DNA from: Candidatus Bathyarchaeia archaeon
Lineage (GTDB): Archaea; Thermoproteota; Bathyarchaeia; Bathyarchaeales; Bathycorpusculaceae
Assembly (NCBI GenBank): GCA_050010515.1
Contig: JBEKKX010000047.1
Span: forward strand, 1-16,762
Reading direction: 5' to 3'
Length of the DNA stretch: 16,762 nt
The position numbers and the translations under genes were made by a program. Positions 7,605-15,877 of the stretch are shown piece by piece. Under the pieces are notes generated by a model. That model saw nothing but the letters and a program-made list of their open reading frames with translations. It was not told where the DNA came from and made no database searches. Within the stretch, counting starts at the first letter, position 1, and the number at the start of each line of letters is the position of its first letter.

Positions 7605-8396
7605 TCACCAATTAAGCTTCTTGCGTATTTCAGCTGCTTTCTCCTGAGCAATCTTTAATGCCTCTAAAATCTGTTGCGGTGTGAAATAGCCTGAGCCGCC
7701 CTTCTGAACAGCGCAAATGTTTCCTTCATCGTTGATAGCCATCGATATTCGCGAATCCATAACTTGCTCTTCTTCCAGCCCAGGATCAACTATGAGGGAA
7801 TTGTTGATTTTTCCCGTAGTAACGGTCACTGGGTGGCTCTTAACTGGTAACGGAGTGTAACCCTGCTTAATCTTTAGTTCGCCATCTTTGATTTCGTAAT
7901 TAGGCATCTTTGTGTTGAGCAAAGCAGCCATAGCAGCTAAAGCTGAAGCGTCAATCAAGTTTCCATCATGATTAAGCACATAAACATCCACGAATACGAC
8001 GAAGACTTTCTTGCCTGGCTCTATGCATAGCTTTTCATTGTCGATTGCTTTTGATTCGCGTATGCCTCTGTCAACAACTCTTGCTAATTCAATGGAGTTT
8101 TCGTCAGGTGGTCCTGCCTCAAAATTCGGCGAGGCAATTGGAACAAGCTCAGCGTTAACAGTTAAAACTCCTTCATTAGGTGTGTCGGAGAATGGTTCGC
8201 CAGTTTCAACTTTTACGCCTACAAGAACCTCTGTCTTCCCAAGCAAAACTCTAGCTGAACCTTCAGCGCGCTCAATCAAACCCTGCTCAATCTTGATTTC
8301 TCTGTAATCACGCAAACCTCTATCATCTAGGCGTTTTCCCTTTTCGATAAACTGCTCAATCTGCTTTAGTCTAACACGAGTAACAAGTGACGACAT
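7605..8396 (-). CDS. rrp42: Exosome complex component Rrp42
   Basis: GKRLDDRG, AEGSARV, GPPDENSIELARVVDRGIRES, DGNLIDA. Confidence 0.97.
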   Translation of the reverse strand: MSSLVTRVRLKQIEQFIEKGKRLDDRGLRDYREIKIEQGLIERAEGSARVLLGKTEVLVGVKVETGEPFSDTPNEGVLTVNAELVPIASPNFEAGPPDENSIELARVVDRGIRESKAIDNEKLCIEPGKKVFVVFVDVYVLNHDGNLIDASALAAMAALLNTKMPNYEIKDGELKIKQGYTPLPVKSHPVTVTTGKINNSLIVDPGLEEEQVMDSRISMAINDEGNICAVQKGGSGYFTPQQILEALKIAQEKAAEIRKKLNW

Positions 8397-9133
8397 TACT
8401 CTTCAGCCTCCTCCTTAACAACCATGTACTTAGTCTTTAACGCTTCCTTCTGCATTTCATAGATTTTCTTGCACCCATCAATCGCCATATTCATTGCTTT
8501 CTCAAATTCTTCAGGTGTAAGGTTGCCATCCATCTGAAGCAGAGTAACCGCATTCAAACTAGGCATATAAGCTACTGGAACATCTGCGGCGCCAAGCTTG
8601 TCCTCAGCATCATACAAGTCCAAAACAACAGTGTCATCAACCTTTCCAGCAGCGCAAGCAACCACCAAATCACGCATTGGAACACCAGCGTCAGCAATAG
8701 CTAGTGCAGCAGCAGTAATGCTTGCACAACGTGTTCCGCCGTCAGCTTGTAGCACCTCAACGAAAACATCTACACCTGTCCGTGGATAAAGCTCCAAGAA
8801 CAAGGCTGGCTCCAAACATTCCTTTATCACTTTAGATAGCTCTATTTCTCTTCTTGAAGGCGCAGGTGATTTGCGTTCCTGCACTGAAAATGGAGCCATA
8901 TGATAACGGCACCGCAAAACCATACGGTCTGGCAATGATAGGTGCTTGGGATGCATCTCTCTTGGACCGAAAGCCGCGGCTAAAATCTTGTTTTTTCCAT
9001 GTTCAATGTAGGCTGATCCATCAGCGTGTGATAAAACGCCGACTTGAAGCTTCAGGGGGCGAAGTTCATCTGCTTTTCTACCATCTAATCTAATACCTTT
9101 TTTATCAATTAATTTTTCAGGTTTTTCATTCAT
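8396..9133 (-). CDS. rrp41: Exosome complex exonuclease Rrp41
   Basis: [39 protein letters not shown]. Confidence 0.98.
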   Translation of the reverse strand: MNEKPEKLIDKKGIRLDGRKADELRPLKLQVGVLSHADGSAYIEHGKNKILAAAFGPREMHPKHLSLPDRMVLRCRYHMAPFSVQERKSPAPSRREIELSKVIKECLEPALFLELYPRTGVDVFVEVLQADGGTRCASITAAALAIADAGVPMRDLVVACAAGKVDDTVVLDLYDAEDKLGAADVPVAYMPSLNAVTLLQMDGNLTPEEFEKAMNMAIDGCKKIYEMQKEALKTKYMVVKEEAEE

Positions 9134-9836
9134 TCTTATTTTCCTCCATTTTACCTTTACTTTCTTTAAGCAACTGTGTTATGCGATCTGTGAGACCACT
9201 CGTGTGGGATTCTTCCTCAATCTTTTTAATCGCCGTTATGGCAAGTTCCTCGTCCTCAAGGTTTTTCCCAGTGACTAAGATGACACCGTTGAGCCCCAGA
9301 ATAATTTGGCAACCTGTTTCCTGTTTTATCATAGAAATCATTGAGCCTTTTCTACCGATTATACGGGGAATCTTTGTAGGCGTCACATGAAGGATTTGCC
9401 CTCGAGTTATTTTTCCTAACCCTGGCTCTCCAACAGTAAGCTGTGGGTCATGCGCTCTGTCATACGAAGCGATTTTTGCGACAATTAAGTCGCCAGCGTT
9501 TAAAACTTGCGATAACTCGTCGTTTTGAGGCTTGAAGGGCCTGCTTAAAACGTCTGATGCACGCAGGAGCGCTGAGTAGGGTGATTTAATATCAACTGTC
9601 CAGCCGTTAAATCCAACTTCCACGACTGCTCCTATTATAATATCACCCATTTTAGGCACATAAAAAGCCCTAAGTGCAACAACGTTTACTTTTTTATTAT
9701 CGGTATCTACAAGCCCGATTCTTGAGGCGTAAATTTTGTTCTGTTCCATGTATGTGTTTTCGCCAGCTAAATAATCGCCTTCAGCAAGTAATTCTCCTGG
9801 CGTCACAAGCTGTTTTTTTTCAAAGAATATTGGCAT
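9126..9836 (-). CDS. rrp4: Exosome RNA-binding cap protein Rrp4
   Basis: VTPGELLA, S1 domain ([11 protein letters not shown]) and KH domain ([18 protein letters not shown]). The ATG at 9836 after GGTGA is preferred to 9848. Confidence 0.97.
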   Translation of the reverse strand: MPIFFEKKQLVTPGELLAEGDYLAGENTYMEQNKIYASRIGLVDTDNKKVNVVALRAFYVPKMGDIIIGAVVEVGFNGWTVDIKSPYSALLRASDVLSRPFKPQNDELSQVLNAGDLIVAKIASYDRAHDPQLTVGEPGLGKITRGQILHVTPTKIPRIIGRKGSMISMIKQETGCQIILGLNGVILVTGKNLEDEELAITAIKKIEEESHTSGLTDRITQLLKESKGKMEENKNE

Positions 9837-9862
9837 AATTTTCACCATCCAATTTATTTTTT

Positions 9863-10552
9863 TTAAGAGATTATTTTTGCTTCTCCACTTCCCTTAGTTA
9901 CGTCGCCAAGTTTGTTTAGCAACGAGGCGTATGATCCAGCAGGCAACTCTATCTCACCATACCATGAGCCGTCTCCACGCCATTCTTCCCGTTTTATGGT
10001 ACCCAAAGTTTTGACTGACCCATAAGCTCTTGCTGAGTATTGGGCGGGTATCTTCACTGCGACTGTTATTTGCTCTATCTTTAAGGGCAAAATCGGCCGC
10101 AACAGTTTTACTATGTCTCTGGCTTGTTCTTCCACTGGCTTGTATGGGTCAATTGGGTAACGGATTTGCTCCATCGCATTCTCTATGCGCATTGGAGGAT
10201 GCGGCAGATTCGTTTTTGGGTCAACTGCCTGTCTTGAAATGAAATCAATTATTTGTCTTCTCTTGTCGTCGACCATTTTACGTCTTTGTTCAGTTGTAAG
10301 TTGAAGCGTTCCTTTCTTCAATATCGTATCAGCAACTTTTAATGGGTCTGTGGTTCCGAAGGCTTTATGCATCGCTTCTTCGGAAACTTTGGTGCCTTTG
10401 TTTGCGTCAGAGAAAATTATTTCAGCAGCTAAAACTTCTGTTATTCCCGCGATTTTGCCGTTGCGGTAATCCAGTGCTTTTTGAGGTTTAACTAGGATTT
10501 CAAAATGTTCGTTTTCTTTTGTTAATCGTGCAACGGTGAACTTTTCACTCAT
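9863..10552 (-). CDS. sdo1: Ribosome maturation factor SBDS/Sdo1
   Basis: HFEILV, IFSDANKG, FGTTD, LQLTTEQRR, DPKTNLPHPPMRIE. Confidence 0.97.
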   Translation of the reverse strand: MSEKFTVARLTKENEHFEILVKPQKALDYRNGKIAGITEVLAAEIIFSDANKGTKVSEEAMHKAFGTTDPLKVADTILKKGTLQLTTEQRRKMVDDKRRQIIDFISRQAVDPKTNLPHPPMRIENAMEQIRYPIDPYKPVEEQARDIVKLLRPILPLKIEQITVAVKIPAQYSARAYGSVKTLGTIKREEWRGDGSWYGEIELPAGSYASLLNKLGDVTKGSGEAKIIS

Positions 10553-10559
10553 CGAGTTT

Positions 10560-11288
10560 TCACTTGCTTGAACCCAGCTCTTTGATGTAGCCTTCTACAG
10601 CGTCGTCACTTAACATTTCCATTTTCTTGGTTGCAGCAGGTATGATTGCAATCTTTATTCTCGGAGGCAACTGCCTTGCGTCTAGGGCTTTAACTAAGCA
10701 TTTTACTGCGAGTTTAATGCCGTTTTCTAAAGTCAAGTCTTCACGGTATTCTTCCTTTAGAATTGGTACAACGGTTTCTCTTCCTGCACCTAAAGCCGTA
10801 GCTTTGTATCCTCTGTAGGTTCCGCTTGGATGTGTCCCGAAAACTCTTGTTCCTGTTTTGTCGACTCCTCCGAAAATTATTGAAACTCCGAAGGGTCTAA
10901 CACCGGCATGCTGCGTGTACATTTGTTGGATGTCACAGATGCGTTTGGTTACAACTTCTACATCTATGGGTTCATCATAGGTTAATTTGTTACTTTGAGC
11001 GTATATTCTTGCTTGGTCGATGAGTATTCTGGCGTCTGAGCTTAAACCCACTATTGCTGCGCCGATGTGGTCGTCTACCCTGAAGATTTTCCACGAGTAA
11101 CCTGCTTCTTCAAGGACCTCTATATTTTCTTCTGAACCAAGAACAAGCCCTTCTGGACATTGGATGCCTAAAATGGTGGCTCCACGGTTGACTAACTCCA
11201 TTGCGTATTCGACTTGGAAGAGTCGTCCGTCAGGCGAGAAAACGGTTATCGCACGGTCATATGCTCCTGGTGCTGCAAACACTGACAT
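10560..11288 (-). CDS. psmA: Proteasome subunit alpha
   Basis: YDRAITVFSPDGRLFQVEYA, YTQHAGVRPFGVS. Confidence 0.98.
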   Translation of the reverse strand: MSVFAAPGAYDRAITVFSPDGRLFQVEYAMELVNRGATILGIQCPEGLVLGSEENIEVLEEAGYSWKIFRVDDHIGAAIVGLSSDARILIDQARIYAQSNKLTYDEPIDVEVVTKRICDIQQMYTQHAGVRPFGVSIIFGGVDKTGTRVFGTHPSGTYRGYKATALGAGRETVVPILKEEYREDLTLENGIKLAVKCLVKALDARQLPPRIKIAIIPAATKKMEMLSDDAVEGYIKELGSSK

Positions 11289-11340
11289 AATATTAACCTC
11301 ACTTTACTATACACTTTTCACAGTCTCATATAATAACTAT

Positions 11341-11356
11341 ACTAAAAACCTTTCCT
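11341..11356 (-). promoter_or_regulatory. Putative BRE/TATA promoter of the psmA-exosome operon
   Basis: Minus strand GGAAAGG-TTTTTAGT about 53 nt upstream of psmA; same AAAGG-TTT layout as the rps13 promoter. Confidence 0.55.
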
Positions 11357-11383
11357 ATCGAAGCAAATTTCTTGGTGAATTTT

Positions 11384-11425
11384 TAAGTTGCGATTTTGTG
11401 GTTGGTGTAAGTTGCGACTTTTGTG
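11384..11425. repeat. Two-copy direct repeat TAAGTTGCGA(C)TTTTGTG, period 24
   Basis: Copies at 11384-11400 and 11408-11425 differ by a single inserted C. Confidence 0.8.
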
Positions 11426-11572
11426 TTTGTGTTTATTGTTGTTGGGTGGCGGCGGATGGTGTTTTTGGTTTTTTCGGGTTATTTTTTTTGGGGGAAGACG
11501 ACAACCATTTTAAAGAAATAGAGAACCTAAAAACAAAATGGTGCTAAACTCAAACGTCAACAACTCAAAGCA

Positions 11573-11752
11573 AACAATACGGCAAAAACGAACACCTACA
11601 GGTTCAGCCACCCACAAGACAGCCTCGACGACATGACATGGGTACTGGCTCTGGCGGTAGCTCGGAGCACGCAGTTGCCTTCTTCAGGTGCAGGCGCCGT
11701 CATGCTTCCTCATTCAGATAAAACCAAGCCTTTTCCCTCCACTCCTTTTTAG
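11573..11752 (+). pseudogene. Degenerate C-terminal fragment of a phage terminase large subunit (nuclease-domain end)
   Basis: A start-less frame reads ...FSHPQDSLDDMTWVLALAVARS...GAGAVMLPH...*, resembling the terminase HDD-x2-W/F-ALALA motif. The preceding QYGKNEHLQ is in an adjacent frame (apparent 1-nt frameshift at about 11602). Confidence 0.6.
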
Positions 11753-11813
11753 CAACTGTGATCCTGAAATTTGCCTTAACTGCTGTTAAAAATAGGGAAT
11801 GATCTATTAGGGA

Positions 11814-11850
11814 TTTATCCAGTTACAGGATTATCCTAAAATTGGATAAA
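11814..11850. repeat. Imperfect inverted repeat (14/17 matching, 3-nt loop)
   Basis: TTTATCCAGTTACAGGA-tta-TCCTAAAATTGGATAAA; lies between the terminase relic and the 3' end of the TA operon. Confidence 0.6.
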
Positions 11851-11924
11851 GTTGGTTGGTTGGTTGCATGAGGTTCTATAATAGGGAAATAGAGCTTGAG
11901 GCTTTAGAGAAGGCTTATTTGAAG

Positions 11925-12155
11925 TCAGGTTCCGACTTTATTGTGGGCTACGGTTACTTCTTTTTTCGCTAAGCCTTCGACCATCAGCGGAACTATCTTG
12001 CTGGCCCTAAGAATCTCCAAGAAAAGCGGCTTACCCTTGTCATCAACGTGCAGTATCATGTCGCCCACCTCTTGTGCATGTGAAAGCTTGCCTTTCTCTT
12101 TCACAACAATGGTAAGCACGTCGGAGTCATCATCATATTTGATTTTATAGGTCAT
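11925..12155 (-). CDS. DUF2283-family small protein (antitoxin-like)
   Basis: KIKYDDDSDVLTI...GDMILHVDDKGKPLFLEILRASK matches the YDxxxDxLYI...DxxGxxxGIEIxxAS pattern. The ATG at 12155 is preferred to 12176. Confidence 0.85.
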   Translation of the reverse strand: MTYKIKYDDDSDVLTIVVKEKGKLSHAQEVGDMILHVDDKGKPLFLEILRASKIVPLMVEGLAKKEVTVAHNKVGT

Positions 12156-12166
12156 AACGTTCTCGC

Positions 12167-12571
12167 CTAGATCCATTTTGTTTTGGTTTCTTTAATTTGC
12201 CTGATATGCCGGTCGTCGGTTAAGACATAGTCGCATCCCAATGCAATTGCTGTTGCCGCTATTATAGCGTCGGCTGTTGGCAGCTCAGCGTATTTACATC
12301 GAAGTTTAGCAGCTTGGATTGCAATAGATATGTCAAGATTTGCTATTTTAAGGTCTAAATTGAGAATAGAGCTAACCCTTAATTCAGCAACATCTTTTCC
12401 AAAGTTTTCAAGCTGAAACTTGTAAAATTCATGTATTACTATTGACGGGACAATCCCCAAATTTTCTTTTCTTTGAAGATTTTCAAGGATTACTCTTGAC
12501 CATTGTCTGAATTGCTCGTCTTCTCTTGTCAAGCTATCGATAAAGAGGCGTGTATCCACTACGGCCTTCAT
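12167..12571 (-). CDS. vapC: PIN-domain VapC-family toxin (RNase)
   Basis: VVDT, VIHEF, TADAIIAATA and LTDD: the acidic PIN catalytic residues are present; 134 aa. Confidence 0.93.
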   Translation of the reverse strand: MKAVVDTRLFIDSLTREDEQFRQWSRVILENLQRKENLGIVPSIVIHEFYKFQLENFGKDVAELRVSSILNLDLKIANLDISIAIQAAKLRCKYAELPTADAIIAATAIALGCDYVLTDDRHIRQIKETKTKWI

Positions 12572-12801
12572 CAGTATCTGTCTTCTGACCGCATTTTATC
12601 AAGCATTTCTATAGCTTTTTTTGGATCTATCTTTCCCGCATCTATACCGATAAGGTCCTCAAATCTGGGCACAACTTTGAGGACTATGCCTTCGCCTGAG
12701 TCTTGCACTGTCATTTTCATTCCCTGCTTTATTCCGTATTTGCGTCTGAGGGCGATTGGAATTGTGATTTGCCCTTTGCGGGTTACAAGCACTTCTTTCA
12801 T
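12571..12801 (-). CDS. AbrB/MazE/SpoVT-family antitoxin (VapB)
   Basis: VTRKGQITIPIALRRKYGIKQG; the stop overlaps the PIN start (TGATG). Confidence 0.93.
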   Translation of the reverse strand: MKEVLVTRKGQITIPIALRRKYGIKQGMKMTVQDSGEGIVLKVVPRFEDLIGIDAGKIDPKKAIEMLDKMRSEDRY

Positions 12802-13124
12802 GGTTCAACTTCAACCTTCAAGTACTACAATTCAGCAAGTAAACTTAACTATTACTGTCGCCCCAAAGCCAATTTAAAAGCAAAAGTCGAGTCCTGAATA
12901 AGAACCATTTTTCCCTTCAATTACCTTTAAGAAACTGGCAGCAGAATGGTTTTAATAATGAATGTCGCGCTCAAGAAGCGACCGCATCATAAAGCAAGTA
13001 TGACTCAGATTGGAAAATTTACAAAATCTACCAGCGAGCACCCTTGAGTTAGTCTTTTAAGCTGTAGTCGACAAATAGAAAGTGCCGACCTCCCTCCCCT
13101 AATGCTTAATGGATTTGAGCAGTA

Positions 13125-14417
13125 ATGGTTCAATGTGAAGTGTGTGGAAAACAAGTAGATTTACCGTTCAGGTGCAACTATTGCGGAGGTCTATTTTGTG
13201 CTGAACATAGGCTCCCTGAAAGTCATCAATGTCTCCACTCACCCAAAGAACCACCGGAGTATCTGAGGGAAAGATTACCCAAAACAAATCAAGATGAACC
13301 TCGAAGGCAACCTCTGCCTCTCAACAAAAACGTTGAATATGTCAGCCAAGGTCCGCTTCACTTTGAAAAAGGAGGGGGTTGGGAAAAAAAGCGAAAAGAA
13401 AAAACAAGAAAAAGAAACATTGCTTTTGCATGTTTCTTGACAGCAATAATCTTTGTTGCTATATTTTTTCTTTTTATAAATCCAAACATCTTAAACCAAA
13501 ATAACATTTCAACTAAGAACCCAATTACCTCGCCTTCCTCGGTTCCATCGTTTACGACTGGATCACAAGCCACACCGAATACAGACACCTATTCAGATTT
13601 AGTTAATTACGCTCTTTCCTTAATCAATTCTGATAGACAATCAAATGGACTCCAAAATGTATCGCTTAGCAGTATTGACTCAGCACAGCTTCACGCTGAA
13701 AATATGCTCAAAAACGGTTACGTTAGCCATTGGGACATGAACGGCTATAAGCCCTATATGAGGTACACGTTAGCAGGGGGTCAAGGTGCAGTTGCAGAAA
13801 ACATTGCTTGGCAAGGAGAAACTGGCAATATTGTTGGCATTAATGTCGAGTCGGCTCTTAAAGACATGGAATACAGTATGATGTATAATGATTCGGCTTC
13901 AAATTGGGGTCACAGAGACAACATATTAAACCCCTTGCATAACGAAGTAAGCATTGGAATTGCATACGATAACAATAACGTGTATTTCGTTGAAGATTTT
14001 ATAAATGACTATATTTCATGGAACCAACTAAGCGTTAATAGTACCGAAGTGACTATGCAAGGAACTATACAGAACCAGACAAGTAACATTCAACAAGTTG
14101 ATATTTTTTATGACAATCCGTCACCTTTAAGCGTTAATCAACTTAATAATCCCCCATATCAGGATGGTTATGATCCTGGAACCTATGCTGCAATAGTTGT
14201 GCCTCCTGCATCTTCAGGGTATTATTATAATTGGAGCGGAGTAAATGTAACGGGTATAGTGGCTGATAACTGGAACCAAAATGGAAATAGCTTTCAGATC
14301 AGCTTCTCGATGTCACAAGCTATAGCAGTTTATGGAAACGGCGTATATACTCTTTACCTTGAAATAGGAAATAGTACGGCTGATTCCCTTACCACTTATT
14401 CTGTTTGGATAAATTAG
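13125..14417 (+). CDS. Membrane protein: N-terminal AN1-type zinc finger, single TM, extracellular CAP (SCP) domain and C-terminal beta-rich domain
   Basis: CEVC...FRCNYCGGLFCAEHRLPESHQC; basic KKRKEKTRKR followed by a hydrophobic helix; CAP motifs LINSDR, AQLHAENM...YVSH, AENIA, GHRDNIL...VSIGIA. Confidence 0.88.
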   Translation: MVQCEVCGKQVDLPFRCNYCGGLFCAEHRLPESHQCLHSPKEPPEYLRERLPKTNQDEPRRQPLPLNKNVEYVSQGPLHFEKGGGWEKKRKEKTRKRNIAFACFLTAIIFVAIFFLFINPNILNQNNISTKNPITSPSSVPSFTTGSQATPNTDTYSDLVNYALSLINSDRQSNGLQNVSLSSIDSAQLHAENMLKNGYVSHWDMNGYKPYMRYTLAGGQGAVAENIAWQGETGNIVGINVESALKDMEYSMMYNDSASNWGHRDNILNPLHNEVSIGIAYDNNNVYFVEDFINDYISWNQLSVNSTEVTMQGTIQNQTSNIQQVDIFYDNPSPLSVNQLNNPPYQDGYDPGTYAAIVVPPASSGYYYNWSGVNVTGIVADNWNQNGNSFQISFSMSQAIAVYGNGVYTLYLEIGNSTADSLTTYSVWIN

Positions 14418-14473
14418 TGCACACAACAACGCTATAAACTTAGAATGTGAACTAACTTTTCATGGAGATAATT

Positions 14474-14500
14474 TTAAATCTTAATAGCGTAGAAATACTC
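14474..14500 (+). promoter_or_regulatory. Shared promoter-region motif, copy 1 (TTAAATC-N3-ATAGCGTAGAAATA-N-TC)
   Basis: 23/27 identical to 15837-15863; begins with a TATA-like TTTAAAT and sits immediately upstream of the 2H gene. Confidence 0.75.
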
Positions 14501-14508
14501 AAACATGG

Positions 14509-15180
14509 TTGTCATCGAGCTTGGTGAAAAAAACCACTGATTACCTCTTAGAGTTTAGGCTCTCTGGAACTGCGAGGAAATATGTTAAGGATATAGCTTT
14601 TGATGTTGCTAGGAAATTTGATGTCAAAGGTGTTACGATAAATAGAGTTGTTCCTCACGTTACGATAATCGGTCCAATCAAAACAATCCATGAACAGAGA
14701 CTTATCCATGAGATAAAAGAAACGTGCAAGAAATATGATTTGATGACAATAAAGTTTAGTGGTTTTACAAGTTTTGGTAGCTGGCTTTTAGGAAATAGAG
14801 TACTTGCTATAAAGATAGAACAATCCAGTGAACTTGAATTACTGAGAATAGAACTAATAGCGAAACTCTCTAGGTTTTGTCAACTCAGCAAATTTGATAC
14901 GAGAAAATGGAAACCTCATGCTACTATCGCCTTCAAGGATATTGATAAGAAGTTTGGACAAATCAAGGCATACTTGGAAAATAGGAATTGCCCTGAAATA
15001 CAGCATTATGTTCTTAGAATTACATTACTTAAGAATGCAAGGATACTTCGTGAGTATGACTTTCTGCAACATAGGACATTAAATCGAGATGAAGCGTTGA
15101 ATAGGGAGAACAAGAAAACGACTATAATGCTTCTTAAGAAGAGAATAGCAAAAATAAACATTGGTGGCAATAGCGATTAA
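14509..15180 (+). CDS. 2H phosphoesterase (2'-5' RNA ligase / LigT-YjcG-like superfamily)
   Basis: Two HxT motifs, VPHVTI and WKPHATI, about 88 aa apart. The start is uncertain (TTG 14509 or GTG 14524). Confidence 0.88.
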   Translation: MSSSLVKKTTDYLLEFRLSGTARKYVKDIAFDVARKFDVKGVTINRVVPHVTIIGPIKTIHEQRLIHEIKETCKKYDLMTIKFSGFTSFGSWLLGNRVLAIKIEQSSELELLRIELIAKLSRFCQLSKFDTRKWKPHATIAFKDIDKKFGQIKAYLENRNCPEIQHYVLRITLLKNARILREYDFLQHRTLNRDEALNRENKKTTIMLLKKRIAKINIGGNSD

Positions 15181-15281
15181 ATTACTAAAGCCAAACAACT
15201 TGGCGATGCAAAAACTTAAACCAGTTATCAGAAAATAATTAAGTTCTTGGAGATAGTAAACAGAGAAAAGAGGAAATAGTA

Positions 15282-15791
15282 ATGGTTTACAACCGCAGGC
15301 GAGGTACTGCTATAGTCGAGTTTCCCGAGGGCATTTTAGTTGTTAGTCAAGGCAGTGAATCTTTTATGCTTGCAGGTGGGGGAGCAAACAAAGGTGAAAG
15401 TCGGAGAAAAGCTGCAATGCGAGAGCTTCAAGAAGAAACAGGTTTAAAGCCGTTAGATTCAAAATATTTGTTTTCTTACAAAGGTAGACTTCACAAAGAC
15501 TTTAAGGGAAGAGGGTCTTTTCGAGATAACCACAAGGTCTTTTTAATCAAGACAGACGGTACACCTACGCCTCAAAGAGAAATTAAACGCATAGCATTTT
15601 TCAAAGAAGGCTCAGGTCTAAAATTAGTATATTCTACAAAAGAAATAATTGAAATGTTCTTAGCTATGAAAGGTGAGGGGTTCAAACCCGTAAGTTGTGC
15701 GAATTGTGGAGGAGATACTTTTAAACCCTCAAGAAAAATCGCTAATGCACTCGAATGTGACCATTGTGGAGAATTATATATAAAAAGCTGA
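15282..15791 (+). CDS. NUDIX hydrolase with C-terminal zinc ribbon
   Basis: Complete Nudix box GGANKGESRRKAAMRELQEETGL (GX5EX7REUXEEXGU); C-terminal CANC...CDHC. Confidence 0.93.
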   Translation: MVYNRRRGTAIVEFPEGILVVSQGSESFMLAGGGANKGESRRKAAMRELQEETGLKPLDSKYLFSYKGRLHKDFKGRGSFRDNHKVFLIKTDGTPTPQREIKRIAFFKEGSGLKLVYSTKEIIEMFLAMKGEGFKPVSCANCGGDTFKPSRKIANALECDHCGELYIKS

Positions 15792-15836
15792 ATTAGAATA
15801 AGCCTCACATCGCAAGTTTTCCTATGGTAAAAAGTC

Positions 15837-15863
15837 TTAAATCGGCATAGCGTAGAAATAGTC
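15837..15863 (+). promoter_or_regulatory. Shared promoter-region motif, copy 2
   Basis: TTAAATC-ggc-ATAGCGTAGAAATA-g-TC, ending 14 nt upstream of the ATG at 15878. Confidence 0.75.
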
Positions 15864-15877
15864 TATTGGTGTAACGA

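Noticed and set aside
572-10818. Many 60-110-aa antisense or alternate-frame ORFs in the ORF track
   Set aside because: Shadows of well-supported genes, with no independent motifs or start signals.
11384-11425. Direct repeat as a mini-CRISPR
   Set aside because: Only two 17-18-bp copies with a 7-bp gap, far too short for a spacer, and no cas genes.
11164-11547. 127-aa plus-strand ORF
   Set aside because: Antisense to the psmA start and promoter, then runs through low-complexity G/T DNA; no motif.
11600-11760. GC-richer patch considered as RNase P RNA, SRP RNA or tRNA
   Set aside because: No GAGGAAAGUCC P4 motif, SRP helix-8 motif or cloverleaf/TTCRA arm; better explained by the terminase-like reading frame.
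11851-11866. (GTTG)4 microsatellite
   Set aside because: Short, intergenic, with no evident functional context.
12802-13124. Intergenic region searched for a tRNA-derived att site or small gene
   Set aside because: No tRNA 3'-end sequence or credible ORF; only a 5-bp stem (GTCGC/GCGAC) and probable divergent promoters.
11880-15830. Loose TAA(A)GCC...TTTCC motif after the DUF2283, 2H and NUDIX stop codons as attC-like cassette sites
   Set aside because: Too short and degenerate in AT-rich DNA, with no consistent palindromic structure; cannot be told from chance by eye.
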